NCBI GenBank assembly: GCA_013178275.1
Contig: JABLWZ010000002.1
Coordinates: 162,416 to 226,415 of the forward strand
Length of the DNA: 64,000 nt
From: Bacillota bacterium
GTDB taxonomy: Bacteria; Bacillota; Ch66; Ch109
Direction of reading: 5' to 3'
Part shown: positions 19,441 to 30,419 of the stretch, piece by piece
Layout of the letters: each line of letters opens with the position of its first letter
Numbering within the stretch: position 1 is the stretch's first letter
The notes under the pieces: generated by a model
What the model saw: the letters and a program-made list of their open reading frames with translations, nothing else
The model's database searches: none
Told to the model about the DNA's origin: nothing
Translations under genes and position numbers: made by a program

Positions 19441-21458
19441 TGCGTATTCCGATGAATTCGACCGCTTATTACGATTCATTTCGACCGGTCGTTATGATTT
19501 AAAAACGACCAGTTATCGGAGCGAAGCGACGCTGGTATTTTCGGTATAGCACACTGGTCGATTTGATTCAAGGTTTAATATAAGTTTTACGCATTGTAGG
19601 TCCATTAATGGCAATTTTGTGAGCATTGTGAACTAGCCGGTCAAGAATTGCATCCGCCAGAGTCGGATCGGTTAAGGCAGCGTGCCAGTGGTCAATGGGA
19701 AGCTGGCTGGCAATCACGGTTGAACGGGCCTGGCTGCGGTCATCTATCACCTCCAGAAGATCTCTTCCCTGGACGTCGGTGAATGGGGCAAGGCCCCAAT
19801 CGTCCAGGATCAGGAGATCGATTTTAGCTATCTTGCCAAGGAGACGGTGGTAGGAACCATCTCCTCTGGCAATCGCCAACTCGGTGAGCAGCCGAGGGGT
19901 TCGGTAGTAACGGGTACTGAGTCCCCCATCTGGGCAGTACCTGGACCGATGGTCTCTGACCAGCTTACAAGTCGGGACGGAGTCCATTCCAGGTACTTCT
20001 GGTGCTGGGAAGGTCGGTGCTGAAGATTGGTCATATACTCCCCCCGGCGGTAACCTCGCAGGTGAACGCTTACCCGACGACCCTTGAACAGTATCTCTAC
20101 CATGCTGGCGGTTAACCTGATGTCGACGCTTTTATGTATCAACTGGTATGGGACGCTGTAGTAGTTATGGTCGATTTCTACGTGATAATCGATATTGACC
20201 TTAGCCTTCTTCCATTGGGCGAACTCGTAACGCTGCGACGGCAGCGGTTTGAGAGCCGGCTTATCCAGGGTTTCGTAGAGTTCTTTGCGACTGCCCTCCA
20301 GCTTCTGAAAGGGACGCTGGTTAAGTTCAACAAGGATTTCTTTGATAGCCTGGTTCAGTTCTCCCAAGGAGAAGAAGATGCGGTTCCTTAACGGGGCCAG
20401 AATCCAGTTCTCTACGGTCTGAACCGCCTTTTCTACCTTGGGTTTATCTTTAGGTTTGCGAGGTCGGGCGGGAATAACGACTGCTCCAAAATGGGCAGCC
20501 ATCTCCTGGTAAGTAGGGTTGATATCGGGTTCGTAGCGGCAGGGATGGGTTACGCCGGTCTTGGTGTTATCGGGAACGATGATCTGGGTAACTCCGCCGA
20601 AGAACTCGAAAGCCCGACAGTGAGAAGAGATCCAGGAGAACATGTCCTGGTTGATGGTCGCTTCGGCGTAGGTGTAGTTACTGGCTCCCAACACGGCGAC
20701 GAAGATGCTTGCCATGCTGATTTCGCCAGTCCTGGGGTCGACTATCGGCACGGTCTGCCCTGCGTAATCGACGAACATTTTCTCTCCCGCTTGGTGTACC
20801 TGGCGGAGTGATGCGTTGAGTGTCTTGGTCCACTGGCGGTAAAGCTCACAAAACCGGCTGTACTGGTAGCCGTCGGGATTCTGCTCCTTATACTCCAGCC
20901 ACAGGAGCTGTAAAGTAACCCCTTTACGCCGAAGTTCCCGATAAACCCAGTCGAAGTCAATGTCCGTTTTATTGTGGCGGGGGGCATCGTTGCCAGGAAA
21001 CAAAAGGGCATCCAATGAGGCATCATCCAGGCTTTCAGGTAGGGGCCAGGTAAGTCCAGCGTCTTGGCTCTGGCGAGATAATCGCTTACTGTACTGTGGG
21101 ATAGGTTGCAGCTCCGGGCGATCTGTCTCAGCCCTAAGCCAGCTTCCCATTTAAGCCGTAGGATTTCTTTGGTTTTACGCATAGACAATCTCCTCCTGGC
21201 CATAGGTATCCTTCATCTCCTCGAATGCTTTTTCTCGGTGATTACGTCACGAGGAGGAGAAAACCCTTTGGCAATTTGATTGTCCAGCGTCACGGTTTTA
21301 TTAAACCCGATTACTACCAGTTCCTACCAGCCGACCATAAGTGGTCGGAATGGATTGGAATGACTGGTCGATTTGCTTCGTAATCGGTGGTCGATTTCAA
21401 TCGTAACAGGTGGTCGGAATGAATCGAAACGGGTGGTCGATTTGGTTCGGAATATGCA
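19441..21458 (-). mobile_element. IS21-family element, defective (istA frameshift, deletion joining istA to the 3' part of istB), with 7-bp target duplication CCGTTTA
   Basis: Ends TGCGTATTCCGA.../...TCGGAATATGCA, with ~23-bp subterminal repeats. CCGTTTA occurs at 19434-19440 and 21459-21465. istA has VDYAG, PDNTK and KVEKAV; istB has LLILDDWG and [10 protein letters not shown] but no Walker A. Confidence 0.9.
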
Positions 21459-21684
21459 CCGTTTAAGACAGATAGCCATACGGATGATGATTAATTACAG
21501 ACTAAAAAAAGTGCTTACTAGGTTTAAATGACCTGGTTTTTTATTTGTGGCAGGAGGAAATATTTATAACTTAATAACAGAGATGCTTAAACAAATATCT
21601 CGCATTAATCAGAAGGGATTTTTAGATTGGTGTCGAAATATCCTTTAACAGTCTCTTTTTAATTAAGTTATTAAAACCCCAATT

Positions 21685-21773
21685 TCGACAAAGGCAAACC
21701 TGTTGAAAAGCAGGGACGCAAAGCTATCGGGTCTATGGCATAATAAAGAGCTATTGACGGCCGGGCCGCCGAA
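21685..21773 (+). ncRNA. c-di-GMP-I (GEMM) riboswitch
   Basis: AAAGGCAAACCTGTTGAAAAGCAGGGACGCAAAGCTATCGGGTCTA...GACGGCCGGGCCGCC matches the GEMM-I consensus and sits in the leader of a signalling operon. Confidence 0.85.
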
Positions 21774-21871
21774 AAAGGAGTTTTTCCTATTCAGCTATCC
21801 TTTTTCGGGATAGCTATTATAGTCTGTAAGGTTTTAAAAATGCTGAGGAGTAAAAAGGAGGGAAGCGATAG

Positions 21872-24800
21872 ATGACATTGTACAGGAAGATGATATGGAT
21901 AATCGGTATTGCATTTGCTTGTGCGATTTTAGTCATGTATCTAGTTTCCCGTACCATTATGCTTAATGGTTTTGATGTAATGGAAAGAGAAGGCGCGTAC
22001 AAAGACATTAATAGAGCCTTAAGTACATTAGATTATAACCTTGCTGACTTAAACAGAACAGTAGGAGACTGGGCTGCCTGGGACGATACCTATTCTTTTA
22101 TTGAAATGAGGGATTATGAATATATTAAAGGGAATTTGCCTGATCAAACCTTTGTTGAACTGAAGATTGACCTTATTGTTTATATAAACCAGGCTAATGA
22201 AATAGTTTATATCAGAGGTTACGATTATCGAAATGCTAAAGATGCCCCTGTATCACAAGGTTTTAATAAACATATCACTGCTGGAAGCCCGCTGATAAAA
22301 CATGACAGTGACGGAAATGGTGTAACCGGCATTATCGAGCTTCCCGAAGGGCCTATGCTTGTGGCTTCAAGGCCAATCTTGAACAGCGAAAGGCAGGGGC
22401 TGGCAAGAGGGACCTTAATCATGGGCCGCTATCTTGATGCACATGTGGTTGAAGATATAGCGAAAACAACAAATCTATCATTTCAAATAAACAGTTTACA
22501 AGATTTGGGGCAGTTGAAAGATGAACTTATTACGGCCGATGATTTGAAACTAATTAAGCCTGTAGATAAGAATTATTTAGTTGGTTATTCGCTGTTAAAG
22601 GATATTTATGGTAAACCGATTTTAGCCCTCAGGGCCACTTTTCCTAGGGAAATTTATCAACAAGGTTTATTCATGATCAAGTATCAAGTCATATTGCTAA
22701 CAACTATTGGGTTTATTTTTGGTCTTTTAATGTTATTGCTTATTGTCAAGATAGTTTTATCAAGGCTGGCTGATTTAAGCTCGGAAGTAGAGACTATAGG
22801 CCGTAAAGGCGATTTTTCCGCCAGGGTGTTGGTAAAGGGAGAGGATGAATTATCGACCCTTGCCGATTCCGTCAATGGAATGCTTGAAGCTCTAGATGTT
22901 TCAAAAGAAGAGATCCGTAGAAGCGAAGAAAAATATCGGCGCATCGTCGAAGCCGCGAATGAGGGGATATGGATTCTCGATGCCGATAACATAACGGTTT
23001 TTGTAAATCAGAAGATGGCCGAAATGCTTGGTTATACGGTTGATGAGATGATGAGGGCAAGCCTATATGATTTTATGTTTAGTGAGGATATTCCGGCGGC
23101 TAAAACTAGACTTGAGCAGCGACGGCAGGGTAAAAACGGGCAGTATGACATCAAGTATCGCCGTAAAAACGGAACAGTTCTATGGGTGATAGTCTCAACT
23201 AATTACATTTTAGATCAAACAGGAAAGTTCGCGGGCTCAATCGGGATGATTACGGATATAACTGAACGAAAGCTGTCAGAAGAGATATTAAAGAGATACG
23301 AACTTTTATATCAAAGGACACGCGACATTATACTTTTTGTACGTCGGGATGGAAAAATTGTCGAGGCTAACCAGTCAGCTGTCAACGCTTACGGCTACAG
23401 CCGGGAAGAACTGCTTAAGCTTAATATCACCGACCTACGCCCCATGGACGCTCCAGCCGTGGTTGAGGGGCAAATGGCTAGGGCAGAAAGCGAAGGAATC
23501 CTGTTTGAAACGTATCATCGGCGTAAAGACGGAAGCACCTTCCCTGTGGAAGTCAGTTCACAAGGTACAACCTTTAGTAATGAAAGGGTTTTACTTAGTA
23601 TAATCCGTGATATCACCACGCGAAAGACGGCTGAGGAGGCGTTGAGAGAATCACAGCAACGACTGGCAGATATAATTAATTTTTTGCCCGATGCGGTATT
23701 TGTTATTGATCTGGAAGGAAAAGTTATTTCCTGGAACAAAGCTGCGGAAGAAATGACCGGTGTAAAGTCAGAAGAGATTATAGGTAAAGGCAACTACGAA
23801 TACGCGCTACCTCTTTACGGAAAAAGACTTCCGGTTCTTATAGATTTAGTGTTTAAAACCGATCAAGAGCTCGAGCGTGACTTCCCCCATGTTGAAAAAA
23901 AGGGAAAAACGCTGTTCGGCGAAAGCTTCTGCCCGGCGATAGGAGAATCGGGAGCCTATCTAAGGGCGACAGCTGCGCCTTTATTTGATTCCAGTGGCAG
24001 AGTCGTCGGGGCAATAGAGTCGCTAAGGGATGTAACAGAAAAAAGGAAGACAGAAGAAGAATTGATACGCATCAAAAAAGCGATAGAGAGTTCAAGCAAC
24101 GCGATATGGATGACCGATAGCCTTGGTGAAAAGATAATATATTATAACGAATCGTTCTCCAGGCTTTTTAAATACACCGGTGAAGAGATAAACGAACGGG
24201 GGGGGATGGTGACCCTGTATGGCGATCCCGATTTGGCCAAAACTGTTTATACTTCTTTGATAGGGGGTAATTCCTGGTCTAACGAAATAAAGCTGTTAAG
24301 CGGCGATGGAGTGTGTTTCCCGGTGTCTTTCTATGCAGATATGGTTCAAGATGAAGCCGGCAACACAATAGCTCTGGTCGGGATTGCCTCGGACATCACA
24401 GTTCAAAAACAGACGGAGTCAGCGTTGATCGAGTCTAGGCAGCGTATGGCAGATATCATAGATTTCTTACCTGATGCCACGATGGTTATCGACAATGAAG
24501 GCAAGGTAATCGCTTGGAACCGAGCGATGGAGGAGATGACCGGGGTAAATCAGGGTGACATGTTGGGTAAAGGGGATTACGAATACTCTATACCGTTTCA
24601 TGGAGAAAGAGTGCCGATATTAATCGATCTGGTTTTAAAATCGGATGAATCGATCGAAAAGAATTATAAGTTTATCCAAAGAGATAGAGGGGTCCTTATC
24701 GCGGAAACCCCATTAAACATTAAAGGTAAAGAAGCTGTCATATGGGGCAAGGCGAATATCTTGTACGATACTAAAGGTAATATAGTGGGGGCAATTGAAT

Positions 24801-26026
24801 CGATACGTGATGTAACGGAACGCAAACGAGCGGAAGCAGCTCTGGCGGAGGAGAAAGAAAGGCTGGCCGTTACCCTGCGCAGCATCGGGGATGGGGTAAT
24901 AACGGCTGATATAGAAGGCAAGATAATGACCATTAACAAGGTTGCAGAGGAGATCACCGGCTGGACCCAGGGAGAAGTGGAAGGAAAACCGTTAGACGAG
25001 GTGTATCAAATAACCGAAAGTAAAATAAGCTCCAAGAAAATTGAACAAACAGATGTTACTAATAAAATACTGCTTACCAAAGGAGGCAACAGTAAAATTA
25101 TTACCGACAGTGCCTCGATTATTAGAGATGAGATCGGTAATTCTATCGGGTACGTCTTGGTTTTTAAAGATATAACGGAGCATAAGAGGCTGGAGGCCCA
25201 GATCGCTTTGTCTCAGAAGATGGAAGCCATTGGGCAGTTGGCAGCGGGTATAGCCCACGAGATAAACACGCCGCTGCAGTATGTTGGCGACAATACAAGG
25301 TTTTTGGAAGGAGCCTTCAAGGATATCTGCACTCTCATAGAGATGTATCACAGATTAACCCAGGATGTGGAAGATAAGCAGCTAAACGATGAACTGATGA
25401 TAATCCAAGAAAAAGAAAAACAAACGGACATAGAATACCTTCTGGGTGAAATCCCGGAAGCGATCAACCAGTCTATGGATGGGTTGAAACGTGTGAGCCA
25501 GATTGTACTCGCCATGAAGGATTTTTCTCATCCCGGCAAGGAAAAATCCTACTCTGATCTGAACCGGGCGATTGAAGGGACGATTACCATATCCAGAAAC
25601 GAATGGAAGTATGTAGCCGAGCTGGTCACTGATTTAGATCCCCAGCTTAATAGGGTGTACTGCGTGATAGACGAAATCAACCAGGTGTTGTTAAACATGA
25701 TAATCAATTCAGCCCACGCAATTATGGAATCCTTGGAGAAAAAAATAATCAACAAAGGAAGAATAGCGGTTTCAACTAGAACGATAGGAAACAATGTGGA
25801 AATCAAAATAAAAGACAATGGGATAGGTATCCCAGAGGAAATAACAAACAAGATTTACGATCCCTTTTTTACCACCAAGGAGGTAGGGAAAGGCACCGGC
25901 CAGGGATTGGCCCTGGCTCATGATATCATCGTTAATAAGCATAACGGTTATATACAAGTAGAATCAACCGTAGGGCAGGGAACCTGTTTTACTATATACC
26001 TGCCTATATCCGAAACGGAGGCATAG
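21872..26026 (+). CDS. Membrane sensor histidine kinase CHASE4-HAMP-multiPAS-HisKA-HATPase
   Basis: DWAAWDDTY (CHASE4), GEDELSTL (HAMP), about six PAS repeats, AGIAHEINTPLQ, FFTTKEVGKGTGQGL. Confidence 0.9.
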   Translation: MTLYRKMIWIIGIAFACAILVMYLVSRTIMLNGFDVMEREGAYKDINRALSTLDYNLADLNRTVGDWAAWDDTYSFIEMRDYEYIKGNLPDQTFVELKIDLIVYINQANEIVYIRGYDYRNAKDAPVSQGFNKHITAGSPLIKHDSDGNGVTGIIELPEGPMLVASRPILNSERQGLARGTLIMGRYLDAHVVEDIAKTTNLSFQINSLQDLGQLKDELITADDLKLIKPVDKNYLVGYSLLKDIYGKPILALRATFPREIYQQGLFMIKYQVILLTTIGFIFGLLMLLLIVKIVLSRLADLSSEVETIGRKGDFSARVLVKGEDELSTLADSVNGMLEALDVSKEEIRRSEEKYRRIVEAANEGIWILDADNITVFVNQKMAEMLGYTVDEMMRASLYDFMFSEDIPAAKTRLEQRRQGKNGQYDIKYRRKNGTVLWVIVSTNYILDQTGKFAGSIGMITDITERKLSEEILKRYELLYQRTRDIILFVRRDGKIVEANQSAVNAYGYSREELLKLNITDLRPMDAPAVVEGQMARAESEGILFETYHRRKDGSTFPVEVSSQGTTFSNERVLLSIIRDITTRKTAEEALRESQQRLADIINFLPDAVFVIDLEGKVISWNKAAEEMTGVKSEEIIGKGNYEYALPLYGKRLPVLIDLVFKTDQELERDFPHVEKKGKTLFGESFCPAIGESGAYLRATAAPLFDSSGRVVGAIESLRDVTEKRKTEEELIRIKKAIESSSNAIWMTDSLGEKIIYYNESFSRLFKYTGEEINERGGMVTLYGDPDLAKTVYTSLIGGNSWSNEIKLLSGDGVCFPVSFYADMVQDEAGNTIALVGIASDITVQKQTESALIESRQRMADIIDFLPDATMVIDNEGKVIAWNRAMEEMTGVNQGDMLGKGDYEYSIPFHGERVPILIDLVLKSDESIEKNYKFIQRDRGVLIAETPLNIKGKEAVIWGKANILYDTKGNIVGAIESIRDVTERKRAEAALAEEKERLAVTLRSIGDGVITADIEGKIMTINKVAEEITGWTQGEVEGKPLDEVYQITESKISSKKIEQTDVTNKILLTKGGNSKIITDSASIIRDEIGNSIGYVLVFKDITEHKRLEAQIALSQKMEAIGQLAAGIAHEINTPLQYVGDNTRFLEGAFKDICTLIEMYHRLTQDVEDKQLNDELMIIQEKEKQTDIEYLLGEIPEAINQSMDGLKRVSQIVLAMKDFSHPGKEKSYSDLNRAIEGTITISRNEWKYVAELVTDLDPQLNRVYCVIDEINQVLLNMIINSAHAIMESLEKKIINKGRIAVSTRTIGNNVEIKIKDNGIGIPEEITNKIYDPFFTTKEVGKGTGQGLALAHDIIVNKHNGYIQVESTVGQGTCFTIYLPISETEA

Positions 26027-26032
26027 ACTGTC

Positions 26033-27259
26033 ATGAAAAAGGTTCTTTTTGTTGATGATGAACCGAATGTAATTCAGGGTTTGAGACGTTTGATGCGCAG
26101 CATGCCGGACGACTGGGACCCTTTATTTGCCGGGGGCGGTGAAGAGGCGTTAAGCATTCTGTCATCAAACCAGGTCGATGTTATTATTACCGATATACGC
26201 ATGCCCGGTATGGATGGAGCGGAATTATTGAATAAAGTCAGGGAGTTTTATCCCAATATAATAAGAATAGCTCTTTCCGGGCATTCTGATCTGCAGGGTA
26301 TTTTGAAATCGGTTAAAGCGGCCCACCAGTACCTAGCAAAACCCTGTGAACCCGAAACGCTGCGCAACACTGTGGAAAGAACACTCCTGCTTCGAGAACT
26401 GGTCGAGAATGAAAAGATAGTAAAGCTGGTGACTGGGGTTGAAAGCTTGCCCAGTTTGCCGGATATCTATATCAAGCTTTTAGAAGAACTACGGGCCCCA
26501 GAGCCTTCTTTAAAACGACTGGGAGAAATAATATCCCACGATATAACGATGACGGCAAAGATTCTACACTTCGTAAACTCCGCATTTTTTGGCATGCCCA
26601 AGAGGATCACGAATCTATCTCAAGCAATAACCCTGCTGGGTATGAATACCATAAAAGCCCTTGTACTCTGCAATCATATTTTTATGACAATTAAACCTCA
26701 AAGCAAAAAGAACTTGTTCATCAGGGAACTATGGGAACACAGCATGATTGTGGCCAGCGTGGCTAAAGAAATAATGGCCGGTGCATTACATGACAGCAAC
26801 CTCGCTGATGAGGCCTTTATAACCGGACTGCTCCACGATATAGGTAAATTATTGTTTCTTAATATACCCGGGCATTTTGATCAAATGAAAGCACTGACTG
26901 AAGAACAGAGGTGTGATCAGACAGAAGCGGAATACAAACTTTTAGGGGTATCGCATGCTGAGGTGGGTGCGTACATTTTGGGTTTATGGGGGTTTTCGGA
27001 TCCGATAATCGAATCCGTGGTATTCCATCACTCCCCGCTGAAGTCAAAGAATAACAGATTTTCTATCCTTACGGCTGTTCATGTGGCCAATGCTTTCGTG
27101 CTAGAGAACAGCGGGTCTTCTGAAACAACTTATAATTTATTCATTGATTATTCCTATTTAGAACAACTGGATGTAAAACAGACGTTACCATTATGGGCCG
27201 GGGTGTATAGAAAATTAAGAGACAGTACTGTACTGGATATTGATATATTTAATGCTTGA
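26033..27259 (+). CDS. Response regulator with HDOD domain
   Basis: REC (FVDDE, ITDIRMPGMDG), LPSLPDIY, VNSAFFG, GLLHDIG. Confidence 0.88.
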   Translation: MKKVLFVDDEPNVIQGLRRLMRSMPDDWDPLFAGGGEEALSILSSNQVDVIITDIRMPGMDGAELLNKVREFYPNIIRIALSGHSDLQGILKSVKAAHQYLAKPCEPETLRNTVERTLLLRELVENEKIVKLVTGVESLPSLPDIYIKLLEELRAPEPSLKRLGEIISHDITMTAKILHFVNSAFFGMPKRITNLSQAITLLGMNTIKALVLCNHIFMTIKPQSKKNLFIRELWEHSMIVASVAKEIMAGALHDSNLADEAFITGLLHDIGKLLFLNIPGHFDQMKALTEEQRCDQTEAEYKLLGVSHAEVGAYILGLWGFSDPIIESVVFHHSPLKSKNNRFSILTAVHVANAFVLENSGSSETTYNLFIDYSYLEQLDVKQTLPLWAGVYRKLRDSTVLDIDIFNA

Positions 27260-27299
27260 TGCAAGAAAAACAAACATTCCTCTACAGGGGGAGAACTCC

Positions 27300-28439
27300 A
27301 TGAAAGACAAGATTCTTATTGTAGACGATGACTATAACATTCTGGCGGCTTATAAAAGAAGTACCCATGGCATATTTGATGTAACAACCGCTAGAGATGG
27401 CGCGGAAGGAATTAAACTGATAAGGGATCAGGGACCTTTTTCTGTTGTGGTGTCTGATTTCCGAATGCCAGAGATGAATGGTATCCAGTTCCTTTCTCAG
27501 GTCCGAGAAATAGCGCCCGACACAACCCGGATCATGCTGACCGGTCAGGCCGATTTAAACGTGGCTATCGATGCGGTTAACGAAGGAAGCATATTTAGAT
27601 TTCTGACCAAACCCTGTGCCACAGATAAGTTTATTGGTGCGATTAATGCTGCTATTAAGCAATACCGTTTGGTGATTGCTGAGCGTGAGCTGCTGGAGAA
27701 GACCCTAAAGGGGAGTGTGAAGCTGCTAATTGACATGCTGGCATTCATAAACCCTAGCCTGTACGGCCGCGCATCGCGCATAAGCTCGCTGGCAAAAAAT
27801 CTCGCGGTTTCGCTGAATTTGGAGAAACCTTGGGAGATTGAATTAATTGCATTGCTTTCTCAAATAGGGTGCCTTACTATACCACAGGAAATTATCAACA
27901 AAAAGTTTAAAGGAAAAACACTGTCTTACGAAGAAAGTAAAATGTATTTATCACATCCTGAGATGGGAAAAAGGTTGATAAAAAACATACCCCGACTGGA
28001 AGAAATAGCAGATGCGATTGAATACCAGTTGAAGAACTTTGATGGCAGTGGAATGTCTAAGGATAATCTTAAAGGAAAAGATATACCTTATCCTTCGCGA
28101 ATCCTCAGAGTAGCCATTGGTTTTTTGGAATTGGAAGAACGAGGTGTTCAAAGCAGTCATGTAATTGAATTTATGCGTTCGGATAAAGGTTGGTATGATC
28201 CAGAAATTTTAACAGCGCTTGAAGTCGAAATTTTAAGCTCACAAAGGGGATATAGAATAACGGCGATAGACTGGCGTTTAATTGAAACCGGGATGATCCT
28301 TGCGGATGACCTTAAAGATAAAAACGGAACCATTATACTTCCTAAAGGAAGTGAAATAACTGATGCCCAAAGGGCTAGTCTATTGAACTACGCGAGATTC
28401 GGAACTATTACTGAACCTATTAAAATAATGGCAAAATAG
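27300..28439 (+). CDS. Response regulator with degenerate HD-GYP-like domain
   Basis: REC intact. LLSQIG replaces HDIG and YQLKNFDGSGM replaces HHExxDGSGYP. Confidence 0.8.
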   Translation: MKDKILIVDDDYNILAAYKRSTHGIFDVTTARDGAEGIKLIRDQGPFSVVVSDFRMPEMNGIQFLSQVREIAPDTTRIMLTGQADLNVAIDAVNEGSIFRFLTKPCATDKFIGAINAAIKQYRLVIAERELLEKTLKGSVKLLIDMLAFINPSLYGRASRISSLAKNLAVSLNLEKPWEIELIALLSQIGCLTIPQEIINKKFKGKTLSYEESKMYLSHPEMGKRLIKNIPRLEEIADAIEYQLKNFDGSGMSKDNLKGKDIPYPSRILRVAIGFLELEERGVQSSHVIEFMRSDKGWYDPEILTALEVEILSSQRGYRITAIDWRLIETGMILADDLKDKNGTIILPKGSEITDAQRASLLNYARFGTITEPIKIMAK

Positions 28440-28467
28440 GCATGAAGATTTAGGGAGTGTTAGGAGC

Positions 28468-29463
28468 TTGCATACAAAAGTACTTCTGGTGGATGACGAT
28501 AAGAACCTGTTATCATCTTTTAAAAGGCAGTTAAGGAAAAAGGTTAACCTGGTTACTTCCGATAGTGGGGAAAAGGGGATTAAAATACTCAAGGAGCAGG
28601 GCCCCTTTGCAGTTGTTATATCTGATTACAGCATGCCGGGGATTGATGGTATAGAATTTTTAACACTTGCACGTTTAATGGCCCCGGACACTGTTCGCAT
28701 AATGTTGACCGGCCAAGCCGATTTTAATGTGGCGGTCGACGCGATTAACAAGGGGTATATATTCAGGTTCCTGGTTAAACCATGCTTACCGGAAGTTTTT
28801 CTAGAAAGCCTAAATGAGGCAATAAACAAAAACAGGCAATACCAGGAACAGGTTGACGAATTAAAAAAAGAATGGAGTTTGGAATTAATACGCAAAACAG
28901 CAGAAGACACGATCAAATTAATCGAGTCCCTGCTGGAAAAGAGAGATCCTTATACGGCGGGTCATCAGAGCAGGGTAGCCGAACTAGCCGTTGCGATTTC
29001 AAGGGAGATCGGTCTCCCTGAAGAAAAGATGGAAGGGCTTAAAATAGCTTCTTTAATCCATGATATCGGAAAGGCTTTTGTACCGGCAGAAATACTTAAC
29101 AAAGCGGGGAAACTATCAGAAATAGAGTTTAGTTTGATTAAGACCCACCCACAGGCAGGGTATGATGTTATAAAAGATATAGATTTCCCTTGGCCGATTG
29201 CTGATATCATACTCCAACATCATGAAAGACTTAATGGTTCGGGATACCCTTACGGAAAGATCGGTAATGACATTATCCTCGAAGCAAGAATCCTGGCAGT
29301 AGCCGACGTGATAGAAGCAATGTCTTTACACCGACCTTACCGACCACCATTAGGCACTGAAAAGGCACTATTAGAGATTACCTTAAACAAGGGGATCCTC
29401 TACGATCCCGATGTGGCAGATGCTTGCTTAAAGGTATTTGAAAAAGGGTTTAGCTTTAGTTAA
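28468..29463 (+). CDS. Response regulator / HD-GYP c-di-GMP phosphodiesterase
   Basis: REC, RDPYTAGHQ, IHDIGK, HHERLNGSGYPYG, HRPYRP. Confidence 0.9.
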   Translation: MHTKVLLVDDDKNLLSSFKRQLRKKVNLVTSDSGEKGIKILKEQGPFAVVISDYSMPGIDGIEFLTLARLMAPDTVRIMLTGQADFNVAVDAINKGYIFRFLVKPCLPEVFLESLNEAINKNRQYQEQVDELKKEWSLELIRKTAEDTIKLIESLLEKRDPYTAGHQSRVAELAVAISREIGLPEEKMEGLKIASLIHDIGKAFVPAEILNKAGKLSEIEFSLIKTHPQAGYDVIKDIDFPWPIADIILQHHERLNGSGYPYGKIGNDIILEARILAVADVIEAMSLHRPYRPPLGTEKALLEITLNKGILYDPDVADACLKVFEKGFSFS

Positions 29464-29612
29464 TCTCGAAGAAAAAGAAGAGAAAAACCAGAAGTTAAAG
29501 GATTATTTCAAACAAACAGGCCCTAAAAGATTTCACTATAAATGAGTGTTTTCTATAGCCGCTTCCAAAGCGGCTTAAATATTTAGGTTGTATGAGTACA
29601 TTCTTTTTGGGA

Positions 29613-29641
29613 TTGACTTTCAGAAATAAAAAGAATATAGT
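29613..29641 (+). promoter_or_regulatory. Sigma-A-like promoter upstream of the ICE transfer remnant
   Basis: TTGACT-N17-TATAGT. Confidence 0.5.
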
Positions 29642-29793
29642 TGTAATTCGCAGTAAAATTGAAAGGAGTCTGACATAAAGATGAGGCAGAAATTGGTTGT
29701 TTCACGGGACACAAGCGCATCGAGCAGCATTATGGGTGACGAAGGACACTCCATTTTTATCCGGCTTAGAATCAGGCAAAGGAGATTTCAGCT

Positions 29794-29991
29794 ATGAAAA
29801 AGGCGTCTCTTAATGACAAGCTGGAAAAGGAGCAAGAAAAACTGCGCAAACTTGGGGAGGAAGCCTTGAAGAACGACATTCCCCTCACCCAGGATGAGGC
29901 ATTTATGGCGCAAAACCGCAAGGTTGATGCTTTGGTAGTCAAGGTAATTAAGGAGAAAGAACGAAACAGGAAAAAACAGCGGGAACGATAA
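29794..29991 (+). CDS. Small charged hypothetical protein
   Basis: RBS AAGGAG; 65-aa helical ORF. Confidence 0.5.
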   Translation: MKKASLNDKLEKEQEKLRKLGEEALKNDIPLTQDEAFMAQNRKVDALVVKVIKEKERNRKKQRER

Positions 29992-30053
29992 GGCAACCGT
30001 TGTGCTGACGCTTCGTGAAAGAGGCACTATTTTTTTGTGGAGGTGATTGAATT

Positions 30054-30419
30054 TTGGAAGTTAAGATCAACCGGGAAATCCGGGACTATACCGAGAGCTT
30101 GTTTTTTGGACTGTCCATACGGCAGTTCATTTTTTCTATCCTGGCCGTCCTCGTGGCCATCGGCATCTACTTCGGCCTGCGCAGCTTCTTCGGCACGGAA
30201 ACCGTAAGCTGGATGTGCATTCTGGGGGCCGCCCCCTTTGCCGCCCTCGGCTTTATCCAATACCACGGCATGACGGCGGAGCAGTTTTTGTGGGCCTACA
30301 TTAAGTCGGAATTTCTCCTGCCCAAGCGCCTAACCTTTCACCCGACCAACATCTATTACGAAGCCCTGAAGCCCGCCCTGGAAAAACGCGAAAAGGAGGC
30401 ATGGAAACACCATGATTAA
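30054..30419 (+). CDS. PrgI-family (VirB3-like) conjugation protein
   Basis: MEVKINREIRDYTESLFFGLSIRQ, two TM segments, directly upstream of VirB4. Confidence 0.85.
   Translation: MEVKINREIRDYTESLFFGLSIRQFIFSILAVLVAIGIYFGLRSFFGTETVSWMCILGAAPFAALGFIQYHGMTAEQFLWAYIKSEFLLPKRLTFHPTNIYYEALKPALEKREKEAWKHHD

Noticed and set aside
21341-21458. Five ~23-bp periodic repeats (GTGGTCG...) resembling a mini CRISPR array
   Set aside because: No unique spacers and no cas genes; they mirror repeats at 19441-19530 and are IS21 subterminal transposase-binding repeats.
21611-21640. SigH-like promoter (AGGGATTT...GTCGAAAT) upstream of the riboswitch
   Set aside because: Imperfect match in AT-rich DNA; cannot be distinguished from chance without TSS data.
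23640-24850. Two similar PAS blocks (…FLPDA…GKG.YEY..P..G)
   Set aside because: Ordinary diverged intragenic domain repetition in a multi-PAS kinase; no sign of a template/variable repeat system.
29681-29740. CFTGHK peptide resembling the start of DUF1273/SLOG proteins
   Set aside because: Only ~16 codons, out of frame with the nearby ATG; too short to support.
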